DNA of 64,000 nt, taken from contig CAWBEU010000008.1 of NCBI GenBank assembly GCA_963787975.1, positions 125,369 to 189,368 on the forward strand, written 5' to 3'. This DNA comes from an uncultured Thermoplasmata archaeon. Its GTDB lineage: Archaea > Thermoplasmatota > Thermoplasmata > Lutacidiplasmatales > UBA184. The translations under genes were made by a program, and so were the position numbers. The notes beneath the pieces are model-generated. The model was not told where the DNA came from and made no database searches. It worked only from the letters and a program-made list of their open reading frames with translations. Shown in pieces: positions 29,366-39,020 of this stretch (the stretch's first letter is position 1; the number at the start of each line of letters is the position of its first letter).

Positions 29366-30268
29366 GTGCGCATCGTATTCTTGGGCACCGCGGGGTCCTG
29401 GCCGACCAAGGAACGGTCCGCGAGCGCGATCGCTCTGGACACGGAGAAGGAGCTCGTTCTCCTGGACTGTGGAGAGGGCACCCAGCGACAATTCTTCCAA
29501 TCATCGGTCTCGTTCATGCGGGTCCGGCGGATCTTCATCACGCATTTCCACGGAGACCATTTTCTGGGCCTCCCCGGCCTCATCCAGAGCATGTGCCTCA
29601 ACAACCGGACCGAGCCGCTCGACCTGTACGGCCCGCCCGACGCGAAGGAGATGTTCGAACGAGTGCTGGCTATGGGGTACTTCACGCTCCGGTTCCCGGT
29701 CCACCTCCATCCCCTCCGGCCGGACGAGTCGGTCGAGCTGCCCGGCTATTCCGTTCGCACGGCGCACGCGGACCACACGGTCCCGGCGCTGGCCTATCGA
29801 GTGGAGGAGGGCCCGAAGCGGGGCCGTTTCGATGCGGCGAAGGCCCACGACCTCGGGATCAAAGGACGGGACTTCGCGCGCCTGGAGGCCGGCGAGACCA
29901 TCGAGATTGCCGGACGCCCGATCCGCCCAGAGGAGGTCATCGGTCCGCAACGCGTCGGCCTGTCCGTGGTCTACTCGGGGGATGGACGTCCCTCCGAGGA
30001 CGTAAAGAAACTGGCCCATCGCGCGTCGGCGCTGATCCACGAGGCCACGATGGGGGCGGAGCATGAGGCCGAAGCCAACGCGTGGGGTCATTCCTCGGCT
30101 CGACAGGCGGCGGAGATTGCCCGCGAAGCGGAGGTGGGACACCTCTTTCTGACCCACTTCTCCTCCCGGTACAAGGACGCGGAGCCGTTGGCGGTCGAAG
30201 CGCGCAGCCGGTTCATGGAGACGGTAGCGGCGCGGGACTTCCTCGAAGAGGTCCTGCGACAGCCGTGA
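29366..30268 (+). CDS. rnz: Ribonuclease Z
   Basis: LGTAG, DCGEGTQ, THFHGDH, flexible arm, HEAT, HSS, THFSSRY. Confidence 0.96.
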   Translation: MRIVFLGTAGSWPTKERSASAIALDTEKELVLLDCGEGTQRQFFQSSVSFMRVRRIFITHFHGDHFLGLPGLIQSMCLNNRTEPLDLYGPPDAKEMFERVLAMGYFTLRFPVHLHPLRPDESVELPGYSVRTAHADHTVPALAYRVEEGPKRGRFDAAKAHDLGIKGRDFARLEAGETIEIAGRPIRPEEVIGPQRVGLSVVYSGDGRPSEDVKKLAHRASALIHEATMGAEHEAEANAWGHSSARQAAEIAREAEVGHLFLTHFSSRYKDAEPLAVEARSRFMETVAARDFLEEVLRQP

Positions 30269-31536
30269 CGCGGGCGGACCTGGTCGTCACGGACATCGGC
30301 GAGCTCGCCACGATGGCCTCCGGGCCCGTTCCACGGATTGGGCCGGCGATGCGCGAGCTCGGGCGCATCTCTCGAGCCGCGGTCGCGATCGAGGGAGACC
30401 GCTTCGTGTTCGTCGGAACCGAAGCGCAGTGCAAGCGCGAGGTTCGCCTCCGCAGCGGAGGGTCCCGCTGGAGTGCCGGCGGGGGAACCGTGGTCCCCGG
30501 CTTCGTGGACCCCCACACGCACGTGCTCTTCGCAGGGGATCGGGCCGCCGAGATCGACCTCAAGATCGGCGGCGCGTCGTACGTAGAGATTGCCCGCCGA
30601 GGCGGCGGTATATTTCAGACGGTCCGCGCGACCCGCCGCGCGTCGGCCGAGCAACTGCTCCGGTCGACGGAGGCTCGCCTGCGACGGATGGCGGCGATGG
30701 GGACGACGACCTGCGAGGTGAAGAGCGGGTACACCCTCACTCCCGCCGGCGAGCTGCGCCTGCTGTCGCTCATACCGGTCCTCGCCCGCCGTACCGGTCT
30801 TCGTCTGGTTCCCACCTTCCTCGGGGCCCAGGCGGTCCCGCCCGAGTACGCCGACCGACCGGACGAGTACGTCTCGGTGCTCATCGCGAAGGCGCTGCCC
30901 GTCATTGCACGCGACCATCTCGCCGACTTCTGCGATGCTTTCTGCGAACCCGGGTTCTTCAGCGTCGAACAGACGGAACGACTGCTCCACGCCGCGCGGG
31001 CCGTCGGCCTGGGTCTGAAGGTGCATGCCGACGAGTTCGTGCGCAGCGGCGGGGCGGCCCTCGCCGCCCGTCTCGGGTGTCGGTCGGCGGAGCATCTCCT
31101 GGAAAGTTCCGACGGGGACCGGCGCGTGCTCGCCTCGGCCGGGGTGACGGCGGTCCTGCTTCCCGTGACCCCGTTCGCCTCCTTCGCCCACAGCCGCAGC
31201 CCGGGACGCGAGATGGTCGACGCGGGGGTTCCGGTGGCGGTCGGCACAGACCTTTCGCCGAACTCTTGGGTCGAATCGATGCCGGTCGTGCTCTCTCACA
31301 GCGTCTACTCGGCTCGCCTCACGCCGGCGGAGGCACTGACCGCCGCGACGGTGAACGCGGCGTATGCGATTGGGCTCTCCGACGAGGCCGGAATGATTGC
31401 CGTGGGCCACTCCGCCGATTTCGTTGCCTTCGACGTTCCCTCGGCGGACCACATCCCGTACCGCTTCGGACTCACGCCGGATCGTGTCTACCGGCGAGGA
31501 ATCCGCGTTCCACCGGCGGGGGACCGGGCAGCCTAG
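30265..31536 (+). CDS. hutI: Imidazolonepropionase (HutI-like amidohydrolase)
   Basis: PGFVDPHTH, YVEIARRGGGI..TVRATR, EVKSGY, DAFCE, HADE. GTGA overlap with rnz. Confidence 0.88.
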   Translation: MTRADLVVTDIGELATMASGPVPRIGPAMRELGRISRAAVAIEGDRFVFVGTEAQCKREVRLRSGGSRWSAGGGTVVPGFVDPHTHVLFAGDRAAEIDLKIGGASYVEIARRGGGIFQTVRATRRASAEQLLRSTEARLRRMAAMGTTTCEVKSGYTLTPAGELRLLSLIPVLARRTGLRLVPTFLGAQAVPPEYADRPDEYVSVLIAKALPVIARDHLADFCDAFCEPGFFSVEQTERLLHAARAVGLGLKVHADEFVRSGGAALAARLGCRSAEHLLESSDGDRRVLASAGVTAVLLPVTPFASFAHSRSPGREMVDAGVPVAVGTDLSPNSWVESMPVVLSHSVYSARLTPAEALTAATVNAAYAIGLSDEAGMIAVGHSADFVAFDVPSADHIPYRFGLTPDRVYRRGIRVPPAGDRAA

Positions 31537-31646
31537 CCCCCATCGCGACCCGTTCCACCGTCAAGGAATTCCGCTTCCTTCGAGGTGAAATGCGCCCGTA
31601 CATTCAAATAGGGGCCCTTTCCTCTCCGCCGGTGAGGGCGCCCAAA

Positions 31647-31862
31647 ATGGCGGAAAAGGTCGGCAAGGAGCAAATCAAGCGAGAGAAAGGCTACCTGTAC
31701 TACCTCGGGAAGGACGGTTACCTCTGGAAGACCCCGACGAAGCTCAACAAGTCGGGAAAGAAGGCCCGTGTCGGTACCGAGAAGGTCAACCGGGAGGACG
31801 GCTACATGTATTTCCTCGACAAGAAGGGATACATCGCGCGCGCCCGGATGAAGAACGCCTAA
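31647..31862 (+). CDS. Small basic two-repeat protein, candidate nucleic-acid-binding/chromatin protein
   Basis: 71 aa, Lys/Arg/Tyr-rich; internal duplication KREKGYLYYLGKDGY / NREDGYMYFLDKKGY; GGTGAGG SD; strong codon bias. Confidence 0.8.
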   Translation: MAEKVGKEQIKREKGYLYYLGKDGYLWKTPTKLNKSGKKARVGTEKVNREDGYMYFLDKKGYIARARMKNA

Positions 31863-31886
31863 ACGGGAACGCCTTCGTCCTTCGGC

Positions 31887-31912
31887 GAGCCCTCCCCGAA
31901 AGGGAAGGGCTC
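31887..31912 (+). terminator. GNRA-capped hairpin followed by a pyrimidine tract, downstream of the small basic protein
   Basis: GAGCCCTCCCC-GAAA-GGGAAGGGCTC followed by CAACTTCTTCC. Confidence 0.45.
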
Positions 31913-31984
31913 CCAACTTCTTCCACTATTGTTGATCCTGGGCGGGTCCGCAACCGAAATGCGTGATGGGCGCTTCCACATGAC

Positions 31985-32242
31985 GTGCGCAACGGCCGCA
32001 GACTTCTGCTTGGAAGCATCCCGCTCGCCATCGGCGTGGTCGTGGTGTTCCTTGCCTATGCGTTCCCTCCGCCGCAATGCAACTGCGCCAGGAGCGCCAA
32101 CGGTACCGTGACCGATTGCCCGCCGTGTGCGCTCGTGATCTACCCGAGCCCCTTCCTCCTGCTGTTGGGGAGCGCCCTTGTCGTCTCAGGAATCTTCTGG
32201 TTGGCAGTTACGGTTCAGCGACTTCGATTCCCGACAAGTTGA
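31985..32242 (+). CDS. Small 2-TM protein with Cys-rich loop
   Basis: Two hydrophobic helices flanking CNC..CPPC. Confidence 0.5.
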   Translation: MRNGRRLLLGSIPLAIGVVVVFLAYAFPPPQCNCARSANGTVTDCPPCALVIYPSPFLLLLGSALVVSGIFWLAVTVQRLRFPTS

Positions 32243-32383
32243 CGCCCGGTACGATGACCGGACATCCGGACCGATGCAGAAAGTTCTCCGTTCTCGCTCC
32301 GGGGCTCACTCTGGAACGCGTCTCAGAGAATTTCGCGACCGACGGAACTAATCGAACTTATACAGGGAGACGCTTCGCGGGAC

Positions 32384-32581
32384 TCGGAGAATCCGATTCA
32401 GTCGTCGGAGTGACTACGCGTCCACGAGGAGGAGGCCCCTCGGTTCTGAAACGGGTGCACGACCTGACCGTTTCCTCGACCCTCTGCCGCCGAGTAATGA
32501 GCCCATGACGCCTCCCTCCGGTGTACGACCCCGTCACTCCGCCTACGGCGGAGCGGACCTTCGTCATCGGAGAGAGATCAC
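32384..32581 (+). ncRNA. Putative structured 5' leader (cis-regulatory RNA) of nrdJ
   Basis: CTTATAC TATA at ~32357; nested helices 32406-14/32533-41, 32428-36/32510-19, 32439-43/32490-94, 32448-54/32468-74; competing hairpin at 32537-53. Confidence 0.5.
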
Positions 32582-35371
32582 ATGGCAATAACCAAGAAAC
32601 GCACTAGCCCCGGCGCCGACGCCACCGAATCCAAGGGGAGCCGACGGGTCACCCAGGCCGAGCCGATCCCCATTCCCCGGCTCGTGCCGCGCGGCAAGAC
32701 GGCCTTTGACACGGTGGAGTGGAAGCTCCACGATGCGCAGATCAAGAACGCCGACGGGAAGGTCATCTTCGAACAGAAAGGGATCCGCGTCCCCTCGACC
32801 TGGTCCGAAACGTCGGTCAATATCGCCGCATCGAAGTACTTCCGAGTGATCGGCGGCCGCCGGGAGAACTCCGTCGAGGGCATGATCCGGCGCGTCTGTC
32901 ACTGGATCACCGATCGGGGCCTCGAACTCGGCTACCTGGACACCTCCGAAGAGGCGGCACGGCTCGAGGAGTCCCTTTCCTACCTCATGGTGCAGCAGAT
33001 GGCGGCCTTCAACAGCCCCGTCTGGTTCAACGTCGGCGTCCGCAACCCGCCCCAGTGCTCGGCGTGCTTCATCCAGGCGGTCACCGACGACATGGAATCG
33101 ATCCTCGCCCTCTCGGCGAGCGAGGGCCGACTGTTCAAGGGCGGCAGCGGCACCGGTACCAATTTCTCGGCCCTTCGCGGAAGCCACGAACGGCTCTCGG
33201 GGGGCGGAATCGCCTCCGGACCGGTCTCCTTCATGCGCGCCTTCGACGCGATGGCCGGCGTGATCAAATCCGGCGGAACCACCCGCCGGGCGGCGAAGAT
33301 GGTGATCCTCAACATGGACCACCCGGACATCGTCGACTACATCGAGTGCAAGGTCAAGGAAGAGGACAAGGCCATCGCGCTCATCCGGGAGGGGTTCTCC
33401 TCGAATTTCGACGGGACCAGCCCCGATTCCGCCTACGCCTCGATCGCGTACCAGAACGCCAACCACTCGGTGCGGATCCCGGACTCCTTCATGGAGGCCG
33501 TCCACAGCGACAAGGAATGGAGGACCACGAACCGGACCGATGGCTCCGTCGCCAACCAGTATCCGGCGCGCGAGCTCTGGCGGAAGCTCGCCTACGCCGC
33601 CTGGCGCTGCGGCGACCCCGGCGTCCAGTTCGATGATATCACCAACGACTGGCACACCTGTCCCACCTCCGGCCGAATCAACGCCTCCAATCCCTGCAGC
33701 GAGTATCTGTTCCTCGATGACACGGCATGCAACCTGTCGTCGATCAATCTGATGCGGTTCCTCGACGAGAAAGGGACCTTCGACTACGAACTGTTCCAGC
33801 AGGCCGTCCGCACGATGATCGTCGCGATGGAGATCATCGTCGACGCGTCGTCGTACCCGACCGCCACGATCGCTCAGAACTCGCACGACTATCGGCCGCT
33901 CGGCCTCGGCTACGCGAACTTGGGCGCTCTCCTCATGCACCACGGATATCCGTATGATTCCGAAGAGGGTCGAACTCTCGCCGCGGCCATCTCGGCCCTC
34001 CTTTCCGCCGAGGGGTATCACATGTCGGCCGAGATCGCGAAGCGCGTGGGGACATTCCCCGGATTCGACCGGAACCGGACCCCGATGCTTCGCGTGATGA
34101 ACAAGCACCTCGCCGCCGCGGAGAAGGTCTCGAAGGACCCGCCCGAACTGCGAGCGCTCGTCAATGCCGCGGCCGAACGCTGGCACGACACGGTCAAGGC
34201 CGGTGAGCTGTGGGGGTACCGGAATGCCCAGATCTCGGTCATCGCGCCGACGGGCACCATCGGCCTTCTGATGGGCTGCGACACCCTGGGACTCGAACCG
34301 GAGCTCTCGCTCCTCAAGATCAAGAACCTGGTCGGCGGCGGCACGATGCGAATGCTCAATCGCACCGCCAAGACCGCCCTCGCCCGGCTCGGCTACTCCG
34401 CCGCGGAGCAGACCGCCATCTCGAAGCAGATCGAGGAGACCGGCACCATCGAGGGCGCGCCCGGGCTCAAGTCCGAGCATCTCGCCGTCTTTGATTGCGC
34501 GCTCGCCCCGGCGGCCGGCAACCGCACCATCGCGCCGATGGGCCACCTCAAGATGCTCGGCTCGGTCCAGCCTTTCCTCTCCGGCGGCGCCTCCAAGACG
34601 ATCAACCTGCCGAACGACGCCACCGTCGAGGACATCGAGAAGATCTACCTCGAGGCCTGGCGCCTCGGCGTCAAGTCCGTCGCGCTCTATCGGGATGGCT
34701 GCAAGGCCTCCCAGCCGTACGAGACGAGCAAGCGCGCGGCCACGGGCCCGGTCGGGACCCTCAAGCCCACCCGGGAACGGCTGCCCGACGAACGGGACGC
34801 CATCACGCACCACTTCTCCGTCGGCGGCCACGACGGCTACGTCACCGTGGGTCTCTATCCGGACGGACGTCCCGGCGAGCTGTTCTTCCGGGTCACGAAG
34901 GAAGGTTCCACCGTCAACGGCCTCATGGACTCGCTCGGCATCTCGATGTCGATGGCGCTCCAGCACGGAGTGCCGCTCAAGGACCTCGTGCGGAAGCTCG
35001 CGCACCTCCGGTTCGAGCCGGCGGGCGCGACCAACAACCCGAAGATCCGCTTCGCGAAGTCGATCCCCGATTACGTCGCGCGCTGGCTCGCCATCGAGTT
35101 CCTGACCGAGGACGAGCGACGGTCGATCGGCCTCGAGGGTCCGGCGGAAGGGAACGGCCACGGCAACGGGAACGGCGGCTCGGCGAAGGCCGGGTCGACG
35201 GCCTCTCCCTCCACGTTCCAGACGAGGCCGCTCGACTCGTTCTCGCCGCCGGTCGAGCTCCACCTGACCGACGAGGACGCGCCCTCGTGCGCCGTCTGCG
35301 GGGGCATCATGGTCCGCTCCGGCACCTGCTACGCCTGCACCGTCTGCGGGTCGACGAGCGGCTGCTCGTAG
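32582..35371 (+). CDS. nrdJ: Class II (adenosylcobalamin-dependent) ribonucleotide reductase with TSCPD domain and Zn ribbon
   Basis: FNSPVWFN, QCSACFI, GGTTRRAAKM, NPCSE, RPLGLGYANLG, APTGTI, YRDGCK; terminal CAVCG..CTVCGSTSGCS. Confidence 0.97.
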   Translation: MAITKKRTSPGADATESKGSRRVTQAEPIPIPRLVPRGKTAFDTVEWKLHDAQIKNADGKVIFEQKGIRVPSTWSETSVNIAASKYFRVIGGRRENSVEGMIRRVCHWITDRGLELGYLDTSEEAARLEESLSYLMVQQMAAFNSPVWFNVGVRNPPQCSACFIQAVTDDMESILALSASEGRLFKGGSGTGTNFSALRGSHERLSGGGIASGPVSFMRAFDAMAGVIKSGGTTRRAAKMVILNMDHPDIVDYIECKVKEEDKAIALIREGFSSNFDGTSPDSAYASIAYQNANHSVRIPDSFMEAVHSDKEWRTTNRTDGSVANQYPARELWRKLAYAAWRCGDPGVQFDDITNDWHTCPTSGRINASNPCSEYLFLDDTACNLSSINLMRFLDEKGTFDYELFQQAVRTMIVAMEIIVDASSYPTATIAQNSHDYRPLGLGYANLGALLMHHGYPYDSEEGRTLAAAISALLSAEGYHMSAEIAKRVGTFPGFDRNRTPMLRVMNKHLAAAEKVSKDPPELRALVNAAAERWHDTVKAGELWGYRNAQISVIAPTGTIGLLMGCDTLGLEPELSLLKIKNLVGGGTMRMLNRTAKTALARLGYSAAEQTAISKQIEETGTIEGAPGLKSEHLAVFDCALAPAAGNRTIAPMGHLKMLGSVQPFLSGGASKTINLPNDATVEDIEKIYLEAWRLGVKSVALYRDGCKASQPYETSKRAATGPVGTLKPTRERLPDERDAITHHFSVGGHDGYVTVGLYPDGRPGELFFRVTKEGSTVNGLMDSLGISMSMALQHGVPLKDLVRKLAHLRFEPAGATNNPKIRFAKSIPDYVARWLAIEFLTEDERRSIGLEGPAEGNGHGNGNGGSAKAGSTASPSTFQTRPLDSFSPPVELHLTDEDAPSCAVCGGIMVRSGTCYACTVCGSTSGCS

Positions 35372-35396
35372 GACCGAGCCCGGTCCGCCGCGCCGC

Positions 35397-36986
35397 CTAC
35401 CGCGACGCGTCCGCCGTCGGGACCGGGGCCGAAGTCTCCCCGGCCGGAGGCGCGGACTCGCCCCAGGTCGTGGACGGTTCCCCGTGGCGGGTACCGTCGG
35501 CGCGGAACCGGTAGTTCCGGAGCGCGAGGGAGAGTCCGGCCCCGACGGCCCCTATGATCGCCACGAGGGCGAAGACGACCTGGTAGCCGAGGACGTGGTA
35601 ATTCTGGAAACTGAATCCCGGAAAGTACTCGGTGAAGGCGTAGCTGGCCAGGATCGACGTGACGAGCACCGGCCCGAGGGCGCTCCCGAGGTTCCGGAAC
35701 GTCTGGTTCATCCCGAGCTGAATCCCCGTCGTCTTGGGGTCGACCGAGAGCACGATGACGTTCACCATCGAGATCAGGACCGCCACGTTCCCGGCCATGA
35801 GCGGCACCGCGAAGAACCCGACCTCAAAGGTCGTCCGGTTAAAGGCGAAGAGCCCGACGGCGCCCCCGATGATCAGGAGGAAGCCCAGGACCATGATGGG
35901 CTTCGGTCCGAATCGGCTGATCGCCCGGCCGAGGAACGGGCCGGTCACCATCATGCCGATGACCGAGGGGACGAGGATCAGCCCGGCGTGGAGCTCGCTC
36001 AAGTGGAAGCCGGGGGACGGATACTCCCCGAGGATGATCAGCACGGTGAACAGGAGGAACATGGTCATCCCGACGATCACTCCATTGACGTTCGAGACCC
36101 AGACGTTCCGTTCCTTCAGCGACTGGAACGACACTACGGGGCTCGGTACCCGGGGCTCCCAGTAGAGGAAGAACCCGAAGACCGCCGCGGCGAGAAGGAA
36201 GAACTCGGGCACGCCCCACACGAGCCCACGGAACGCAACCGAGGAGAAGTTCGTCCAGCCCCAGTAGGCCCCTTCCGTGATGCCGAGCATCAGGAAAGTG
36301 AGGCCGGCACCCAGGCTGACGATGCCCGGAAAGTCGACCGCACGGGCGTGACGGATCGTGGACTCGCGGATGTAGACCGCGGCGAGGATGAGCACCGCGA
36401 TAGCAATCGGGATCACCGTGTGGTAGGTCAGCTGCCAACCGTACGTCTGTGCGATCCAGCCGCCGCCCACGAGACCCGCCGCCGCTCCGGCGGCGAACAT
36501 CCCCGAGATGAGTCCTTGGGCCTGGCCGACCCGGGCCGGCGGAAAAACTTCAGGAAGCATCGCGAAGCCGAGCGGGAACATCGCCATCCCGATCCCCTGA
36601 ATGGCCCGGACTGCGATCAGGCCGTAGATCTGGTCCGGACGGCTGAGCCCGAGCACGGCACCGATCTGGGGGGTGAATCCGGCCACGCTCACCGCGACGG
36701 CGTAGACGCCCATCGCGATCAGCAGCATCCGCTTCTTTCCGTAGACGTCGCCGAGCTTGCCGAAAATAGGTGTCACGACGACGCCGACGAGGAGGTACGC
36801 CGAGAGGATCCAGGCGATCGTGCTGGCGTCGGTGACGTGGAAGAACGACTCGAAGTTGCTGAACGCCGGCAGCACCATCGTCTCGACGTAGGTGACCATC
36901 AGGGCCATTCCCGCCAGAATGAGCAAAACCGTCCAGGCGTACCGCGCGTCGTACGCGGGCGCAGCGGCCGGGGACCTGGCGTTCAC
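35397..36986 (-). CDS. MFS transporter (DHA2/14-TM type)
   Basis: GKLGDVYGKKR motif A; RAIQGIG; multiple TM segments. Confidence 0.93.
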   Translation of the reverse strand: MNARSPAAAPAYDARYAWTVLLILAGMALMVTYVETMVLPAFSNFESFFHVTDASTIAWILSAYLLVGVVVTPIFGKLGDVYGKKRMLLIAMGVYAVAVSVAGFTPQIGAVLGLSRPDQIYGLIAVRAIQGIGMAMFPLGFAMLPEVFPPARVGQAQGLISGMFAAGAAAGLVGGGWIAQTYGWQLTYHTVIPIAIAVLILAAVYIRESTIRHARAVDFPGIVSLGAGLTFLMLGITEGAYWGWTNFSSVAFRGLVWGVPEFFLLAAAVFGFFLYWEPRVPSPVVSFQSLKERNVWVSNVNGVIVGMTMFLLFTVLIILGEYPSPGFHLSELHAGLILVPSVIGMMVTGPFLGRAISRFGPKPIMVLGFLLIIGGAVGLFAFNRTTFEVGFFAVPLMAGNVAVLISMVNVIVLSVDPKTTGIQLGMNQTFRNLGSALGPVLVTSILASYAFTEYFPGFSFQNYHVLGYQVVFALVAIIGAVGAGLSLALRNYRFRADGTRHGEPSTTWGESAPPAGETSAPVPTADASR

Positions 36987-37471
36987 AGGTGTCCTCCCGG
37001 ACCATCGGCCCCGGGCTCGAGTCGCCGTTGTAACTCCTGGAACACCCGAACCGCCGTCGCGACGTCGTTGGGCGGCAGTCCCTCCGCCGCTTCGTTCATG
37101 AGTCGTCCGATTCGACCCCAGATCCGAGTTTCGACCTTGCGCCCCTTGGACGTAAGGGCGAGTTCCACGGCGCGGCGGTCGCGGTCGGACCGGTGCCGCG
37201 TAACGAGCCCCGCCGCCTCCAGCTGGTCTACGTTCGCGCAGACCGTAGGCGCCGAGACAGAGAGGTGTCGTGCCACGGTGCTCAGGGAGGCCGACCGCAA
37301 GCTCGAGACGAGATGCAGGGCCCAGAACTGCCCCGTGGAGATCCCCTCACTCTCGAGCGCCGGCTGGAGGCGATGCACGACGGAGCGCATGACTTCATGC
37401 ACGCTGTTGACGAGTTGATCGGGGTCCGCGCGCGGAGGGTCCCTCCGAGACAGAGTGGCGGTAGCGACCAT
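36983..37471 (-). CDS. MarR-family transcriptional regulator
   Basis: VDQLEAAGLVTR..DRR..LTSKGR winged helix; overlaps the MFS start. Confidence 0.93.
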   Translation of the reverse strand: MVATATLSRRDPPRADPDQLVNSVHEVMRSVVHRLQPALESEGISTGQFWALHLVSSLRSASLSTVARHLSVSAPTVCANVDQLEAAGLVTRHRSDRDRRAVELALTSKGRKVETRIWGRIGRLMNEAAEGLPPNDVATAVRVFQELQRRLEPGADGPGGHL

Positions 37472-37479
37472 GAGGTCTC

Positions 37480-37506
37480 CTAAGTATTAGGATACCTAAT
37501 TATTAG
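37480..37506. promoter_or_regulatory. MarR operator palindrome between TATA and start codon
   Basis: ATTAGG-ATA-CCTAAT core (37486-37500) extended by CTAA/TTAG; TTATAT TATA at ~37510-37515 on the minus strand. Confidence 0.7.
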
Positions 37507-37574
37507 AAGATATAACTATTCTGACGCGACGGGCGCGAAACGCAGCGAAGCGCCTCGCGAGGAACGGGCAGGGT

Positions 37575-37952
37575 TTACACGAGCGCGTATCGTGCCAACT
37601 TGATCACGTCGCCGAACGGTAACACATGCTTTCGGGTCCGAGTGTTCGCGTCCCAGCGCGCTTCGATGGCTCCCTCGGGGAACTCCGGCAAGTCGCCCGC
37701 GTTCCGCGACTCGAGCGAGGTCGGCAACCCCCGGCGAGCGCATTCGCCGACGAGGACGAGGGCGCCGACGGGTCCGGACGTCACGGTGAGCACGTCCTCG
37801 GGCCCCACCGAGCGCTGCTCGATGCGGGCCGTCTCGTCGTGGTAGTACGCGAGACGGGACGCGGTCTCGGTCCGAGCCCTCGCACCGGTCCCCTCCCGAT
37901 TCCTCCGGGTCTTGACCGGCTTCGGCGGCAGGCCGACGGGCTTCCACTCCAC
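37575..37952 (-). CDS. Hypothetical protein
   Basis: Open frame with host-like codon usage; no recognised motif. Confidence 0.5.
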   Translation of the reverse strand: MEWKPVGLPPKPVKTRRNREGTGARARTETASRLAYYHDETARIEQRSVGPEDVLTVTSGPVGALVLVGECARRGLPTSLESRNAGDLPEFPEGAIEARWDANTRTRKHVLPFGDVIKLARYALV

Positions 37953-38020
37953 GCCCTGCTCAGCGTCGAGGAACCTCTCGAGGAGTCCCGCATCGATCGG
38001 TAGGGGTTCCGATTCCTGCG

Positions 38021-38905
38021 TTAGGAGGCCCCCCTACGATTCCGCCAGAGTAGGCAGTCCGGCCGCACCACGCAGGGGCCGCACACGCTCAGGTCCCGTT
38101 CCTTCGGGCAATCGCCCGAGATACCGGTGTGGCAGAGCACGAAGTCGTACTTGATGGGGTCGACGGGATCGACACGCCGCAGCTGCGCGGTCACCTCCTC
38201 GACCGTGGTCCAGTTCCGGGTGCGCCGCTGGGTGAGCCCCAAGTGGTACGCGATCCAGTGGACGTGAAGATCGAGCGGAATGCGGAGTTCGGAGGAGGGA
38301 ACCCCGGGCCATACCCCGAGGTCGGGAAAGCCGGACCGACTCATCCAACGGACATAGAGCGTGAGGCGCTTGCAGGGGCTGTGGGAACCCTCGATCGGCG
38401 TCGGGAACAATGCTCGGTACCCTCGCGGAGCCTTTCCCGCAGAGCCAATCGGCCCGCGAAGCGCCTGCGCGAGTCGATCCAATCCGACCGCGAATCCGCC
38501 TTCCTCTAGGCCGCCGCGGAACAGTTCCCCGAGCGACCCATACTCTCGGCGTGCGACCGCGACCTGTCCGGCCAGGAACGCGAGCTGATCCCCTCGGATC
38601 CACCGGTGCCGGAATGATTTGAGCGCGGGGCGCGCCCGGGCGGCGCCCCCCCGCTCGACGAGGCCGACGAAATCGTGCCCGATTCGGCTCTCCAGATTCG
38701 CGAAGGCGCCCCGAATCGCCGTAACGTTCCCGATAGCCAAGGTGGCGGCGAAGATCCCCGCTACCTCTGCGGACACCGGATCGCCAGCGAGGGGCCGGAT
38801 GCAGGAAAGCGGGTCCTGGGCGAGAGACCGTTCGAAGGGAAACTGCTGGTACAGCGCCTCGAGGTGAGCGGGAAACTCCGGAGTCGGGTGGTGGGGTGGG
38901 CTCAC
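38021..38905 (-). CDS. TIGR02757/DUF2400 family putative DNA repair protein with C-terminal Fe-S motif
   Basis: DPL, SPCKRLTLYVRWM, DLGVW, IPLDLHV, DPIKYDF; C-X8-C-X2-C-X5-C tail. Confidence 0.88.
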   Translation of the reverse strand: MSPPHHPTPEFPAHLEALYQQFPFERSLAQDPLSCIRPLAGDPVSAEVAGIFAATLAIGNVTAIRGAFANLESRIGHDFVGLVERGGAARARPALKSFRHRWIRGDQLAFLAGQVAVARREYGSLGELFRGGLEEGGFAVGLDRLAQALRGPIGSAGKAPRGYRALFPTPIEGSHSPCKRLTLYVRWMSRSGFPDLGVWPGVPSSELRIPLDLHVHWIAYHLGLTQRRTRNWTTVEEVTAQLRRVDPVDPIKYDFVLCHTGISGDCPKERDLSVCGPCVVRPDCLLWRNRRGAS

Positions 38906-39020
38906 GACGCGGCCGCGAGGCCGCCTATCCCTTTACCGTTGCCCGGACCGAGAAGAAGTGGCTTCGTGCACGGCCGGCCCCCCCGATGCGGTAAGTAGGG
39001 CGTGCCCCTGAACGGCGCTG

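Noticed and set aside
32384-32581. Canonical cobalamin riboswitch upstream of nrdJ
   Set aside because: No recognisable B12-box or conserved GGGAA/GCCACUG core; kept only as an unclassified leader.
32564-35263. Long antisense ORFs (e.g. 899 aa opposite nrdJ, and many other shadow ORFs)
   Set aside because: Expected in high-GC DNA opposite real genes; low-complexity Arg/Gly/Pro translations with no motifs.
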